NCBI RefSeq assembly: GCF_001194135.2
Contig: NC_068985.1
Location: forward strand, 60,453,769-60,517,768
Direction of reading: 5' to 3'
DNA from: Octopus bimaculoides
Taxonomy: Eukaryota
Length of the DNA: 64,000 nt
Shown one piece after another: positions 12,959 through 26,773 of this stretch (position 1 is its first letter; the number at the start of each line of letters is the position of its first letter). The notes under the pieces are model-generated. The model did no database searches. It was not told the origin of the DNA and saw only the letters and a list, made by a program, of their open reading frames with translations. Made by a program: the position numbers and the translations under genes.

Positions 12959-13110
12959 ATCTTGGTGGTCCAAATTGGAAGTGCAATCTATGTAGGTGTC
13001 TTTTCAGAACATTGTCCAATTTAAAAAGCCACATCAGATGCCATGATGGTGCTAAGGTGTAGGTACAGGAGGTGGTCAAACTCTGCATAAGGAGTACACA
13101 ACCACCATAC
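12959..13110 (+). mobile_element. Short C2H2 zinc-finger-coding segment, probably the 3' end of a 5'-truncated RTE LINE
   Basis: Translates LGGPNWKCNLCRCLFRTLSNLKSHIRCH (CxxC-12-HxxxH), stop at 13060-13062. Sits in a TA tract; similar finger at the C-terminus of the RTE at 24131-24319. Confidence 0.55.
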
Positions 13111-13123
13111 ATATATATAAATA

Positions 13124-13216
13124 ATGGCTGTGTGGTAAGTAGCTTGCATACAAACTACATGGTCCGGGGTTCAATCCCACTGCATGGCACCTTGGGCAAG
13201 TGTCTTCTACTATAGC
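13124..13216 (+). mobile_element. SINE family A 5' part (runs into gap)
   Basis: atggctgtgtggtaagtagcttgc...ccttgggcaagtgtcttctactatagc. Confidence 0.8.
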
Positions 13217-13316
13217 NNNNNNNNNNNNNNNNNNNNNNNNNNNNNNNNNNNNNNNNNNNNNNNNNNNNNNNNNNNNNNNNNNNNNNNNNNNNNNNNNNNN
13301 NNNNNNNNNNNNNNNN
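13217..13316. other. Assembly gap
   Basis: 100 N. Confidence 1.
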
Positions 13317-14420
13317 TGTGGCCTGCTCACTTATCCGTATCTTTACTTCATTGGACACTAAACTCTCCTTGCGACGACCTGTTGAGGCAAGTAAATTTGA
13401 AATCGAACCGGATCCGACGACTGGCACCCATGCCAACCTCTCTTTCAGTGGACACTAAACTCTGCTTGCAAAGACATGTTGGGGCAAGTGAAATCGAAAT
13501 TGAACCATATCCGATGACTGGCACTTGCGCCAGTGGAGCACTAACAGCACTGCCTGAGCGTGATCATTGCCAGAGCAGCTGTCTGGTTTCCATGCTAGTG
13601 GCCCGTAAATAGCACCATTTGAGCGTAATCGTTACGAGCGTTGCCTTCCAGCACTTGTGCTGGTGGCACGTTAGAAAATCATTCGAGTGAGGTCGTTGCC
13701 AGTGCCGCTGGATTGGCTCCTGTGCAGGTGGCACGTAAAAAAACACCTTTTGAGCGAGACCGTTGCCAATACCGTGTGACTGGCCCTTGTGCTGGTGGCA
13801 CATAAAAGCACCCACTACNNNNNNNNNNNNNNNNNNNNNNNNNNNNNNNNNNNNNNNNNNNNNNNNNNNNNNNNNNNNNNNNNNNNNNNNNNNNNNNNNN
13901 NNNNNNNNNNNNNNNNNNNNNNNNNNNNNNNNNNNNNNNNNNNNNNNNNNNNNNNNNNNNNNNNNNNNNNNNNNNNNNNNNNNNNNNNNNNNNNNNNNNN
14001 NNNNNNNNNNNNNNNNNNNNNNNNNNNNNNNNNNNNNNNNNNNNNNNNNNNNNNNNNNNNNNNNNNNNNNNNNNNNNNNNNNNNNNNNNNNNNNNNNNNN
14101 NNNNNNNNNNNNNNNNNNNNNNNNNNNNNNNNNNNNNNNNNNNNNNNNNNNNNNNNNNNNNNNNNNNNNNNNNNNNNNNNNNNNNNNNNNNNNNNNNNNN
14201 NNNNNNNNNNNNNNNNNNNNNNNNNNNNNNNNNNNNNNNNNNNNNNNNNNNNNNNNNNNNNNNNNNNNNNNNNNNNNNNNNNNNNNNNNNNNNNNNNNNN
14301 NNNNNNNNNNNNNNNNNNNNNNNNNNNNNNNNNNNNNNNNNNNNNNNNNNNNNNNNNNNNNNNNNNNNNNNNNNNNNNNNNNNNNNNNNNCATGGAAAGC
14401 AGACGTTAAATGATGATGAT
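13317..14420 (+). mobile_element. RTE-type LINE 3' region with internal ~100-bp tandem duplication and (GAT)n tail; contains N gap 13819-14390
   Basis: Ends catggaaagcagacgttaaatgatgatgat, matching the 3' end of the RTE at 38224-39255; duplicated ggacactaaactct..ttgc..gactggcac units. Confidence 0.7.
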
Positions 14421-14609
14421 ATATGTATATATACATATAGGTGTGTATGTATATATATGTATATGTATGTATAGGTATGTATGTATATATATGTATATAA
14501 ATAGGTATGTATGTATATATATATATGTATATATATAGGTATGTATGTATATATATATATGTATATATATAGGTATGTATGTATATATATATGTATATAT
14601 ATAGGTATG

Positions 14610-14645
<36 letters not shown>

Positions 14646-14679
14646 CATGATTACATATATATGTGTGTGTATATATGAT

Positions 14680-14714
<35 letters not shown>

Positions 14715-15229
14715 ATATATATGATTAAGTACTGGGCTTAAATAAGTACTGGTTTAAAAAAAAATTCAGTCTTAGGGTCGATTTGTTTAACCAAAACACT
14801 TTGAGGTAGTACTCCAGCATGGTCGCAGTCAAATATATTGTTTCTTGTGTGTGTTAATAAACATACAGTTGCTATTGTTCAAAGTTCCATGTTCAATATC
14901 ATTATCCAGTCTGCGTCCATTATAGTGGTTAATGGTTAAGTGACTTCTATACTCAGTAGCATTACTAGTTATATACTAGAGCAAAGGGAGGAGAAATTAC
15001 GATAAACACAAGTTTATATCATTTGTTCCTACATACGTTTCACTATAATTCTTCATTGGATGTTCCAAGTGCAACTGGAAATATACACTAAATAAAACCT
15101 GGAAATATACATTAAATTAAATAACTACTATGTATCATCAAGAAATACTTTTTGTACTGTGTAACATCATACAGCATGTGGTTATCATAATTTCTCATAT
15201 ATACATATAAATGTGTGTGTGTGTGTATG

Positions 15230-15268
<39 letters not shown>

Positions 15269-15524
15269 ATAAGTCACAATATATGGATCCAAGTATGTAG
15301 TACTAATAAGAAAACACCTCCTTAAAGTATCATTCTACAAGACATAGAATATATAGTACAATACAAGAGAAAACAATATGGAGTGTATAAAGTCATAAAT
15401 GTCAGAGAAATAGTTTGACGATATAAATTATCTACATGTTTTTAAGTTAGAAAACAATTTATCATGATATTTGAATTTTTTTATTGTTAAATAAAATTTC
15501 ATGAAATTATTTCTTTTTAATTTA

Positions 15525-15578
<54 letters not shown>

Positions 15579-16379
15579 TATCTCGATGATGATGATGATG
15601 TATTTTATGTGTATTTTACATATGTATGTATTATGAGTATTTTACATAATTATATGTATCATGTATATATACTCAAGCATACTTACATATATTCATGAAA
15701 CTATGAATAAATGACAAAAGAATGAGCATTTGCTTCCATTACAAATTAATCAAGTTCAAGCAGGAAGAAAATTAATATTTCGACAAAATATACTATGAAT
15801 GCTCTATTTCTTTAAAAAAAAAAAGTAAGATAACATTTTGAAAAAAAGAAAAAAACCCATAAACAAGCACTTGTTAATGATCCAATATTTATTCAACATC
15901 ATTTTTCACTAAGTTGTTCACCTTAATTACTGAACATGAACACGTTCACTACATGTATGTCTCTTTTCTTTTTATTTTCTCTCCTCATGTAAGTGAAAAC
16001 ATATATCACTTCATTTGTTTAGTTTTAACAAAGAATTAAATTATATTTGTCATCTTCTATATATCCAATTATTTAATGGACAAGACTAATAATAATGGCA
16101 AATATTTTAATTCCATGTTCTTTTTTTTAAATTTCTCTAGCATTGGTTTGATGATTCTTTGAATTTGCATATGAATTGAAGGAGAAAATATTTCTGTAAT
16201 CAAAACTCATTTTGAATGATTTATGTTTTAAGTAGGGGTGTGTTAATCATATAACTGTATGAATGGAAGTGTTATATTTCTACATGTGTGTGTGTGAGCA
16301 TATATATTTATTTCTACATGTATACATCTGTGTGTATCTTTTACATTTTACTTCTTTCAATCATTGGGCTGCATCCATC

Positions 16380-16515
16380 CTGGGGCACTATTATAAAGGG
16401 TTTAGTTGAACAAGTTGACCCCAGTACTTAAGCTATTTCTTTTTTAAGTCTGATACTTAATCTAAGTTACAGGAACATAAACAAACCAATACTGGTTGTC
16501 AAGTGGTGGCAGGAT

Positions 16516-16555
<40 letters not shown>

Positions 16556-16735
16556 CACTCATGCTCACATGCACACACATGATAGGCTTCTACACAGTTT
16601 CTGTATATCCAATTCCTTCAAGGCATTGGTCTACCAGGGTCTATAGCAGAAGAGACTTGCCCAAGATGCTGCACAGTAGGACTGAACCTGAAACCACATA
16701 GTTGTAAAATGAGCTTCTTAACTACACAGCCATAC
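16380..16735 (-). mobile_element. SINE family A
   Basis: Reverse complement of family A head plus the ccagcatgg...cagtc 3' module, with internal (CA)n. Confidence 0.7.
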
Positions 16736-17147
16736 CTGAATGTCTGTGAAGAAATGTTAAATTGCTCATAAATTACATGCATCCACTGTACTGGGATAAG
16801 ATGCTAGTATATTATTAGCTTTTTTCAAAATCATTGCTCCTCATTTCTCCACAACAGATAGAACTAAGATGATAGTTTTCTCTCACCTTGGCATTGGCCT
16901 CTGCTTCTCAGAATCAGTTGACCTCACTGTCCATGTTATCATAACTTGCACTAATCATATACTCAATCCTTCCTCCACAAAACAGGTTTTCTGGAATTGT
17001 CACTCCCACTACCTAGTATCAATTTTCAGTTGTTAGATGAAATTCAATAATAGAAGCTGGTCATGAAGGACCTTTGAACACAATGGACAAAATCTCTTTC
17101 TCTCAGTCAAATAAAAAGAAAACATTAAATGCTCACAGTAAATAATT

Positions 17148-18060
17148 TTTTCAGTTTTGGGCACAAGATCAGCAGTTTTGAGGGGAAGGGTAAATCAATC
17201 ACATCAACTCCAGTGCTCAGTTTGTTCTCATTTTATTGACCCTAAAGGTGGGAAGGCAAAATTGTCCTCGTTAGCATTTGAACTCAGAATGTATTAAGTT
17301 GGAAGAAATGTCACTAAGCATTTTGTCCAATGCACTAATGATTCTGCCAGCTCTTCACCTTAATAATTATAAAGATTTTAGCACAAGGTCAACAAGATTG
17401 GAGGGAGCAGGTAAGTCTGTTACATTGACTCCAGTGTTCAATTGGTACTTATTTTATTGACCCAGAAAAGATGAAAGGCAAAGTCTACCCTGGTGGAATT
17501 TGAACCCAGAATGTAAAGATGGATGAAATACCACTAAGCATTTTGCCTTGTGTGTTAATGATTCTGCCAGCTCACCATAATAATAATAATAATAATAATA
17601 ATAACCCTTTCTACTATAGGCACAAGGCCTGAAATTTGAGGGAGGTGGGATAGTTGATTACATTGGCACTAGTACTTAACTGGTACTTACTCATCAACCC
17701 TGAAAGATGAAAGGCAAAGTCAACCTCAGTGGAATTTGAACTCAACATAAGGATGGACAAAATGTTGCTAACTGTTTTGTCTGGCATGCTAATGATTCTG
17801 CCAGCTCACTACCTTTTTGTAATAATGATAATAATAATAATATTCCTATCTTTTATAGGCACAAAGCCTGAAAATTTGGTGGTGAGTGGTTAACTGATAC
17901 ATCAACCCCAGTGCACAGCTGGTACTTACTTCATTAACCTTGAAAGGATGAAAGGTGGTGTCGACCTTGGTGGAATTTGAGCTCAGAATGTAAAAATGAA
18001 TGAAATACTGCTCAGTATTTTCTCCAGCATGCTAACAATTCTGCCAGCTCACCACCTTAA
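17148..18060 (-). mobile_element. Head-to-tail array of four SINE family B copies (Meta-domain-like core)
   Basis: Four diverged units (~17148, 17380, 17604, 17842), each with tgaaaggcaaagtc..acc..ggaatttgaactcag..aagcatttt..gattctgccagctc, separated by (AAT)n. Confidence 0.85.
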
Positions 18061-18071
18061 TGATAATAATA

Positions 18072-18440
18072 AGAGCACTCAGAGAGTGCAAACCTCTGCC
18101 AAGGCAACACCAATGTCTTCTCAACGATTAGCCAGAGATGATTTTTAAAATGAGAATATCTGAAATAAACTCGACTGCTCCTACAAATGAGAATACTAAA
18201 AATGAACCCAACCACTCTCAAAAATTTAAAAAAAAAAAAACCCGGAAAAATAATCCAGAATCCTTCTCCGGTGCCAGATCAATCCCAAAATTTAATTAGC
18301 TCATGCCAGCCATGAGGCCAAACATCCCTGAAAAATTCATCCAAATCCATCCAGCAAGTTCTTGAGATATCTTGTCCATGGACAAACAAACAAGCACAAC
18401 TGAAAACAATACCTCCGTCTTCGCTAAGGCGGAGGTAATA
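18072..18440 (+). mobile_element. Helentron/DINE-like non-autonomous element
   Basis: Subterminal inverted motif acctctgccaaggc (5') and 3' hairpin acctccg-tcttcgctaagg-cggaggt (18411-18436); inserted in an (AAT)n tract. Confidence 0.55.
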
Positions 18441-19087
18441 ATAATAATAAAGAACACCTGAATCAGATTTAAACTCACAATCTATGAGCTAGCACTCCAG
18501 TAATCTATCCCTCTCATCACATTTTTTTGTATAGTGTGTGTGTGAGAAAGAGAGACAGACAGACAGAGAGTGAGTATGTGAGTATTTTAATATTTGTGTT
18601 ATCATCATCACCACCATTTTAACATTCACTTTTCCATGCTTGCATGAATCAGATGAAATTCATTAAGGATTGGCAACAAGAAGGGTACTCATCTGTAGGA
18701 AATCTGCCCCTCATGGAAAGATGATGTCTTATTTCATTTACTGTTGATTGTATTGTTTGGAATATATACTATGTGGGTTATGTTATATTTTTGGTGACAA
18801 TTATATAGAAGATGAGGCAGGTGAGTTATAGTATTGGGTGCCGATTATGTAAGAATATATCATGTATTACATTACTGGGGGGGGGGGTTGTATATATTGT
18901 GTGTTGCATTGGTAATGTGATATGTTATTGAGTGTTGATTGTACGCAGAATGTGCAAGGAATGGGTTATGTTTTTTGAATTAGAAATGTCTTAACATGTG
19001 CAGATATGCCCATTGGGGGACTTTTTTTTTTTAGCAGTTGTAGCTCTGTTGTAGTTGTTAAGGAAATAAGAAAACTTTATTATTATT

Positions 19088-19118
<31 letters not shown>

Positions 19119-19789
19119 ATTCAACTTCACTATGTCTTTGGAAAACTTTAAAATGTTAGTTTTTTTGGCAGGGGGGTTTCTGTAAAAATTCTAAAGATTG
19201 TTGCTTGATTAAAAACAGCCCCCCCCCAACTTCTCTGGAAGCAATACCACCACCACTATTATCATCCTCACCACCACTACCATCATCATTATCATCATCA
19301 TTAGAGGTACACTCACAGTGGAATACAATATGGCCCAAAGACACTATATCTAATTAAGGAACTCATTATTACTAATGAAATTTTCAAAGCTTCTGTGCAA
19401 CAAATTCCAACAGCATCCATACATTATCAATTCCATCTCTGCTAATATTTAAGGAAGATGTTGACAGGTGGTGTCACTATCTGTACCAATCTGATAAAAA
19501 GGAAAAGATAAAAGATGTATGTCACTAGAGGAACAAAGCTCATGAAACAGCGGAAATATCCATCCATTTTGTTATCTACTCCTCTTTGATTAAGCCTTTG
19601 ATTGAATGTATTTCCAACTGTGAACAACCTTTTTCTTTTTTTACAGGTATAGTGTATCTAAAATTACTTTATCAGCTATGTTCATTCTCATTTTTGAGAT
19701 GACAGAATGCAATTTGAGAGAGATTTGGCTGCTATGTCTAGCAGATTGAGCACTCACTTAGAGGTTGTTGTTAATATTTAGGTGTTGTA

Positions 19790-20010
19790 TAAGGTGGCAA
19801 GATGGCAGACTTGTTAGCATGCTGGGAAAAATGCTTAGCAGTATTTCATTTGCCTTTACGTTCTGAGTTCAAATTCCTCCAAGGTTAACTTTACCTTTCA
19901 TCCTTTCAGAGTTATAAAATAAGTACCAGCTGAGTACTGGAGTCAATGTAATCGACTTACACTCTCTCCTGAAATTACTGGCCTTGTGCCAGAATTTGAA
20001 ACCAATATTT
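19790..20010 (+). mobile_element. SINE family B
   Basis: ggtggcaagatggcagac..ttagcatgc..ctgagttcaaattcc..cctttcatcctttc..aataagtacc. Confidence 0.8.
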
Positions 20011-20622
20011 AGGTGTTGTAGATGAATGTGTGGAGTAATGGAGTAATGTGTTGAAACTCTGTAGACCTCTGGTTTTAAGGTGCAGTTCTGAGTAAATGTA
20101 GGAAGGAGATATGGTTGGGGTAACAGAAACATTGGAAACCACTGCTGTGTGATTAAGAAGTTTGCTTCCCAATTACATGGTTTCACTATGTCCCGAAGGC
20201 TGACCAAAATTTGCTGAGTGGATTTCGTAGATGGAAACTGAAAGAAGCCTATCATATATGAAGTCCTGGGAGAGTAGAAAGTTGGAGTATTTCCAGTGCA
20301 GCACTCAGCCTGATACTTAGGCTATATACACTGTTGGATTCCAGTCTAATTTCGAAATTCTTCCTGGTTTCACGATGGTAAAACTGTTGTGTGAGTTTAG
20401 CAAAGAGTAAAATATAATCCAAATAAAAAGACAAAGAATGTAAGAGCATACCTTTGATGCAGGCCTGCAGAAGTACCACTCTAATGTTTAAAACCTCAAA
20501 TATTATATAAATTTTCACTTTGAACTTTGGCATGAACTGGGTGTGAAAGCAGAATTGGTACAGAAACAATTGTAACTGATCATTAATGATGTGTTAAAGT
20601 CTTCCTTTGTCTTTGTGTGTAT

Positions 20623-20665
<43 letters not shown>

Positions 20666-22959
20666 TCGTAGTCTTGACATGTGATAGTTGTGAGTGAGTA
20701 TCATTGTCATACAAGCTATGTCATTCATTTCCAGTATTCTGTTTTCTAGTTGCCCTTCCTAATACCAGCCACTTTGCAGAGTATACTGTTATTTCATCAT
20801 GATATCAGGTATAGTAAGGATGTGGGTGGGTGTAAGTTGGCATTTCAAGGGATGCAACAAAGCAGAAAAGTGTGTCAGTCATTTATTGTCCATTTTCCAT
20901 GCTAGCATGGTTTGGATAGTTTGACAGAATCTGACATGCTACAGAGCTCTATCAGATTAGCTTTGGCAGTTTCTACAGCTGAATGCTCTTTAATACTAAC
21001 CATTTTACAGTATGTACTGGGTGCATTTTTCATATCACTGGCACTAGTGAGGTTGCCAAATAATTCACAAGATAATAAAAGAACAGTAAAAAGGGAAAAG
21101 AAAAGGCCCCCTTGACTGAGTGAGCGGGAGTGTATTTGAGAGATATGAGATTGCTTTATGCCCAGTGGTGAAAGCTGAAGTATGACAGAGGGACAAAGTA
21201 CAGGTATTGTACTACAGAGTGAGTGGGATGACAAAGGTGTGAGGTGTCATCAGTAGTAGATATTAGACAGTGTTGAGAATGATAGCAGATAAAAGAGAGA
21301 CGTTAAAGATGAAGTGTGATGCTCAGAGGAGAGGGAATGGTAACTGAAGGCACAGAAAAGGGGGTGATTGGTAGAAAGTAGTATGGACAGGGATGATAAT
21401 GAGGGATGAAGTTTAAGAGGAAGTGGTTTCAGGGGTAGAAACAGGTAAATTGGTCATGAAAAAGTGATGGGTAAAGTATGTGCTGGTTTTGCTCTCAAAT
21501 GATTACAGCAGCTGAGTAGTGTCATAGATTGAATAACGATGAGATACAAGGGAAGTTTTGATATGGTCAGCTTTGGTGCTGGGGCCAGCATGTACAGGTA
21601 TAAGCATAATTCTTTCACAATGATGGATAGGTATTTTCAATTATAGAAATTGCCAATCATGTCAGTTTTGTAATTTCTTCCATGAAGCTTAACATCTTGA
21701 GATCAGCCTTCATTACTTCATCCCATGTCTTCCTAGATCCCCTTCTTCTACACATTTCATCCACTGTGTATCTTATTAAGATCCATTTTCAGGATAAAAT
21801 TATTAACTTGATATTAAAATAACTTTATTTGTTTATCACACCAAGAACTTTATTATTTTACAGTACTTTATGAAGTTTAGTTTTTAAAAAAATTAATTAT
21901 AAGAAAGTTGAATTTTTTATCTTCAAATGTGATATTTTTGTAAAAATTAATCAATGATTTCCTGGGGTAGTGAGGTAGAGAGAAGGTTGGGTACCACTAG
22001 ATTAAAGCCTTCTTTCAACCCTACATTGTCTCTGATCATCCGTTGTACCTGAGGACAATAAAGGAATTTACCAGAATTTAAAATAACTAAAAAGAAATAG
22101 GATGAGCCACCACAATCCTCTTAACAATACACTTGTACAGTAGAAGAAGACTGGTTCAACCAAAAATCTAGCTTTCTTTACAATATCGTTCATTTGTAAT
22201 AATCAGCTCCATACATTCATGTTTTGTTTGATGTTCCATATTAGTGCAAATGGATTTTGTTACTGCCTGCTGTCAGTGGAAGTAATCAATATCTTTTTCC
22301 ACTGACACATCCCTGTTATATCTAATAATGGTTCATCTTAAGATGATATTCCCATTAATCAATGCCTCTTAACAAACATATAGCCATGTTGTAGATGGTT
22401 TCTTTCTGTGCTAATGTTATACAATCTCTCACAATTCTCTGACAGAACTTTTCTTGTATCAAAATAGAGGAAACATTAAAAAATTGTTGTTCCTTAGCCC
22501 TAAGTCAGTTCTAGCCAAGTAGAACTATGATCAAATGCTTTCTTGTCATGGCCATCCTGTCTTTATACCTGTGTATTTCAGACTACATTACACAAGTCTT
22601 TTTAAAGAAAATTGTGTGATATGAGGAAGATTTCTAGCTAGTACTGCTTGAATCACTAGTACTTCCCCACTATTCACTTGTACTACTCTCATTTACTCAA
22701 CCTTAGGAGTTATTTATTAGTATGATAAACACATACAGCTGGTACATTATTAATAATCAAGAGTTCTATATTCCTTCAGTTCTTGAAGTTCTACTGTTGT
22801 GACATAGTCCTCTAGTGTGATATTGAACCCAGCTGTCAGTCTTTGCTTAAATAAGAGAACCTCTGTGTTTGCTTGAGCTGTTAGAATTAGCAGCCAAATC
22901 GCTCTCAAGCCAAAATCTAACAACTTAAAAACATACTGGATAATGTAGTATGAGGTACG

Positions 22960-23185
22960 AGGTTTCATAATGTAATGTGGGGCATTCCATTTGATAATGC
23001 AGAGTGGGATACTCTATTTGATAATGGAGTGTTGTTTACTCTGTTTGATAATGTAGTGTGCAGTACTCTGTTTAACAGTGTAGTGTGGTTTACTCTGTTT
23101 GATAATGTATTGTTGGGTACTCTTGTTTTTTAATGTAGTGTGGGGTATTCTGCTTTCTATGTAGTGGGATACTCTGATACTGTAG
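22960..23185. repeat. Degenerate minisatellite, ~27-bp unit
   Basis: About 7 units resembling tactctgtttgataatgtagtgtggg. Confidence 0.7.
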
Positions 23186-23811
23186 AGAAAAAAAAGTGAT
23201 GAGATGTCCATAACATGAATGTCTTTGATCATAGATGAAAGGTGCCAGAGACAAGGGTTAAACCACAACAAATGTATTTGAATTATTCATCTGTAAACTT
23301 TTCTATGATTCTTGCTATCATCCTCCTCTGATATTCAATAAAATCCTAAGAATTTAGAAACTTCAAGAGAGAATGTGAAATAATTCTTTTCTGGAATGAT
23401 GAATCTAAATAATGGAGAACAAAAGTTGAAAGCTGCCTGTGAGCTTATGTGCAGTCTTCGACTTTTCCATCCAAAGGTCTTTTTTAAACCCAATATTCAC
23501 ATGCTATTATGTATAGCTTTATCTGATTTGAGATTCACTGTCCCAAAAAAGGAATTTCTCATTTGATAGGATGTTTGATTTGGAAAACCTGTTTATAACA
23601 AATTAAGGTTAAAAAATCCCACTCTAGATATAGTCAAAATGACCAACACCTACTAAGACTAAAATTATAAATATCATTAGGTATAAATTTAAATGATTTC
23701 TAATTCTTTATAAAAAGATATTCTTGATTTAAGATAAGGAAGTTAATTTAAAATTCAGTAAAGGGTTATCATTTGATGTGAGACAGTCACAACATCCATG
23801 ACTTTCTTTTT

Positions 23812-23848
<37 letters not shown>

Positions 23849-24055
23849 TACATATTATGCTACTAATCCCCATATGCACAGAGCTCAGCTCCATGATGTG
23901 TGTAATATAGTTGTTACAAAAGCAGAAGTTAGCCGCCTTTATTAAGTGCCATACAGAGTGAAGGTTGTATGTGATTGTGTATGTATGTGTTGCATTGCAT
24001 GTGTTTGTTTTTGATGATTAAGCTAATTTATATATATATATATATATATATATAA

Positions 24056-26560
24056 GATGGACTCTCCCATCAGTTTCGATGTATGAGGATCCGACAGTCT
24101 ACTTTTTCTTTGTTAGCCATAATGCTTATGTCAAATGTGACATTTAAGTCCCACCAATGATTCGCAAAAAAGCCCACAGATCCTGCAAGTATAAGGATTA
24201 CAGGTCAGTGCAGGTGGTATATTTGCAGTCACTTTTCTCCTTTGCCTTGCATCCCAAAGCCTGTTAATGCCGGTTGTAACACAATGTTTCTCATGCCATT
24301 TTGACACAATGATCTCCATTTTGTTCGCTCCAAGGCTATTTGTTCAGTGCTGTGAGCTATCTTCATTGCTAAGAGGTTACTCTTCAGCTTGTCCTCATAT
24401 TTGAGCCATGTTTGACCAACATTCCTGTGCCCACTATCAAGCTGGCTGTACATGAGGACTTTGGGTATTCTTTCGTCACTCATTCTGATGACATGGTTAG
24501 CCCAGCACAATTGTGATTGCATAAGGAAGCTCTAGATTCCACTAATCTTACATTTGTTAAACAGGTTGGCATTAAAAACATGTCTTTTAGTGAATAACTG
24601 CAGATTGTCCTCAAACAGCCTTTGTGGAAGATGTTTAGTTGGTTAATGTGTCATCTATAGGGTATCCACGATTTTGAGCCATACAAGAGAATAGTAAGAA
24701 TAGCAGCTTTATAGACCAGTACTTTGGTGTCAAGTTCGATGCCCCTTTCATTCCATAAGCAATGAAAAAGTTTTCCAAATGCATTGGTTGCCTTTGCAAG
24801 ATGGTTGATGATTTCATCATCAAGGGAAGTGCTCCAATTCACTTTATTGCCAAGATATGTAAATGACTGCACATAATTTAAATTTTTCCCATCAACCTGT
24901 ATAGGAGTGTCAGGAAAATTGTGAAGTGGTGGCCTCTGCTTGACACCTCGAATTTGTTTAGGAGTAGGGCAAGGTTGGTGGATTACTTCCATCTTCTTTA
25001 CATGCAGCAGAAAACCAGTCTAGAAGTTCCTGAGATTTCTCTAAGGAGATCACTACTAGTGCAGCATCATCTGCAAAAAGCAGATCACAAATGATACTGG
25101 TGCGTACCAGTGTTTTGGATTTGAATAGTCCACCACCTATTTGAAACTGGAATTTGACACCACTTTGTATGCTGCCAAAAGCATACCTCAGCATCACTGA
25201 AAAGAGTGCAAATAAAACAGGGGCCATAACACAGCCTTGCTTTATGCTGTTTGTAACGTCGAAGGAAGCCGAAGATTCCCCACCTTCATTTCTTCATGAA
25301 AGATGATAACATTCAGCATCTTGTCAGGTATACCAAACTTTTTCAGAACTTTCCACAGTGCTTGTCGGTTAACAATGTTGAAGCCTTAGTAAGGTCAACA
25401 AATACCATGAACAACTCTTGATTTTTCTCACATACCTTCTCCATGACCCATTGAAGGGAAAAGATCATGTTTATAGTGCCACAACCAGAGAAAAATCCAC
25501 ACCGTGATTCTGGATAGATATCGTTTACATGTTTGATGATCCTGTCAAGAATGAGTTGAGCAAAAATCTTACCAGCAATAGAAAGAAGCAAAATCCCATG
25601 ATGATAATCACAGACACTTCTGTTTCACAGATACTTTGTTCTTATAAAAATGTTGAATTGCAGCATCCTTGATGTCCTGTGGTACACAGCCTACCTTACA
25701 AATATTTATGAAGAGGTCCTGCAATTTCTTAAAAAGCTTCTGTCCACCATGCTTGTAGATTTCAGGAAGGATAGTATCCCTGCTAGGTGCTTTTCCAGAA
25801 GAGATTTGTTTAACAGAGTTTACTACTTCCTGGAAGGCTGCTCCCAGAGATAATTCTGGTATTTCTGCATGCTGTGTAATAGACATTATAATATCATTGT
25901 TAGTGACTTAGGTGGAGTTCAACATGGCTTCGAAGTGCTTTCTATCATTTCAGGATGTCACATTTGTCAGTTAACATTGTCTCTCTCTACTGGATGAAAA
26001 AATAAGAGTAACACCGTGCTCTTGAGGACCTTACACTTTCTTGAGGCCATCATAAAAGGCTTTAGAATCCTTTCTGTCTGCAGCTTCTTGGAGTTCAGTA
26101 ACCTTGGAAGATCACCAAGCCTCCTTCATGTGCCTCAGAGCACGTTGGACCTGGCCTCTGCATTTCTTATAAACATTCTCTGTTCTGAATGAGCTATCAT
26201 TCCTCCATGTTTTGTGAGAGCTGTCCATTCTATCCATAAAATGCTGGATATCTGTGTTGTTATCACTGAACCAATCTTTATGTTTACAAGTCCAAGAACC
26301 TCTATAGATGCAGAGTGCATTGCATCACGCAGAGCCTTCCAATATGATTCTATATCATCATTGATATCAACAGTGTTGAGTGCAGTGTTCAAATTGATAG
26401 AGAGCTCAGCCTGCTTTCCCGCACTTTTCAAAGTCAGAACATTAATGCACTTAGGCACTGATGACTTTTGTCGTCTTGTGTGTTTCAGATGGAATATAGC
26501 CTTACTACGGAGAAGAGAATATATATATAAATTAGCATAATCATCAAGGACAAACACACT
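24056..26560 (-). mobile_element. Degenerate 5'-truncated RTE-clade (BovB-like) LINE
   Basis: Frameshifted ORF pieces give the endonuclease-RT linker, RT motifs (LLSIAGKIF, ESRCGF, FVDLTKA, APVLF, LLFADDAAL, FTYLG), QLCWANHVIRMSDERIPK and a C-terminal zinc finger CRICGLFCESLVGLKCH; flanked by (TA)n on both sides. Confidence 0.95.
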
Positions 26561-26565
26561 TGCAA

Positions 26566-26633
<68 letters not shown>

Positions 26634-26773
26634 TGTGAGTGTGTTTAAGTAAATACAGCTGCAAGAAAAACGTGTATCTACCATGTTATATATATATAGT
26701 TTTATGTTTGTTTATATGCATTGATAGATGCACCCCACTCAACTTTTTCTTCTCTTATAGGTTGTGTGTTTGA

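Noticed and set aside
13124-13216. tRNA gene
   Set aside because: Only a SINE head with A/B-box-like motifs; no complete cloverleaf
17148-18060. CRISPR-like repeat-spacer appearance
   Set aside because: Units are ~210-bp diverged SINEs in a eukaryote, with no unique spacers or cas genes
22750-22968. Protein-like 72-aa ORF
   Set aside because: Overlaps the abundant gatttggctgcta repeat; no splice support
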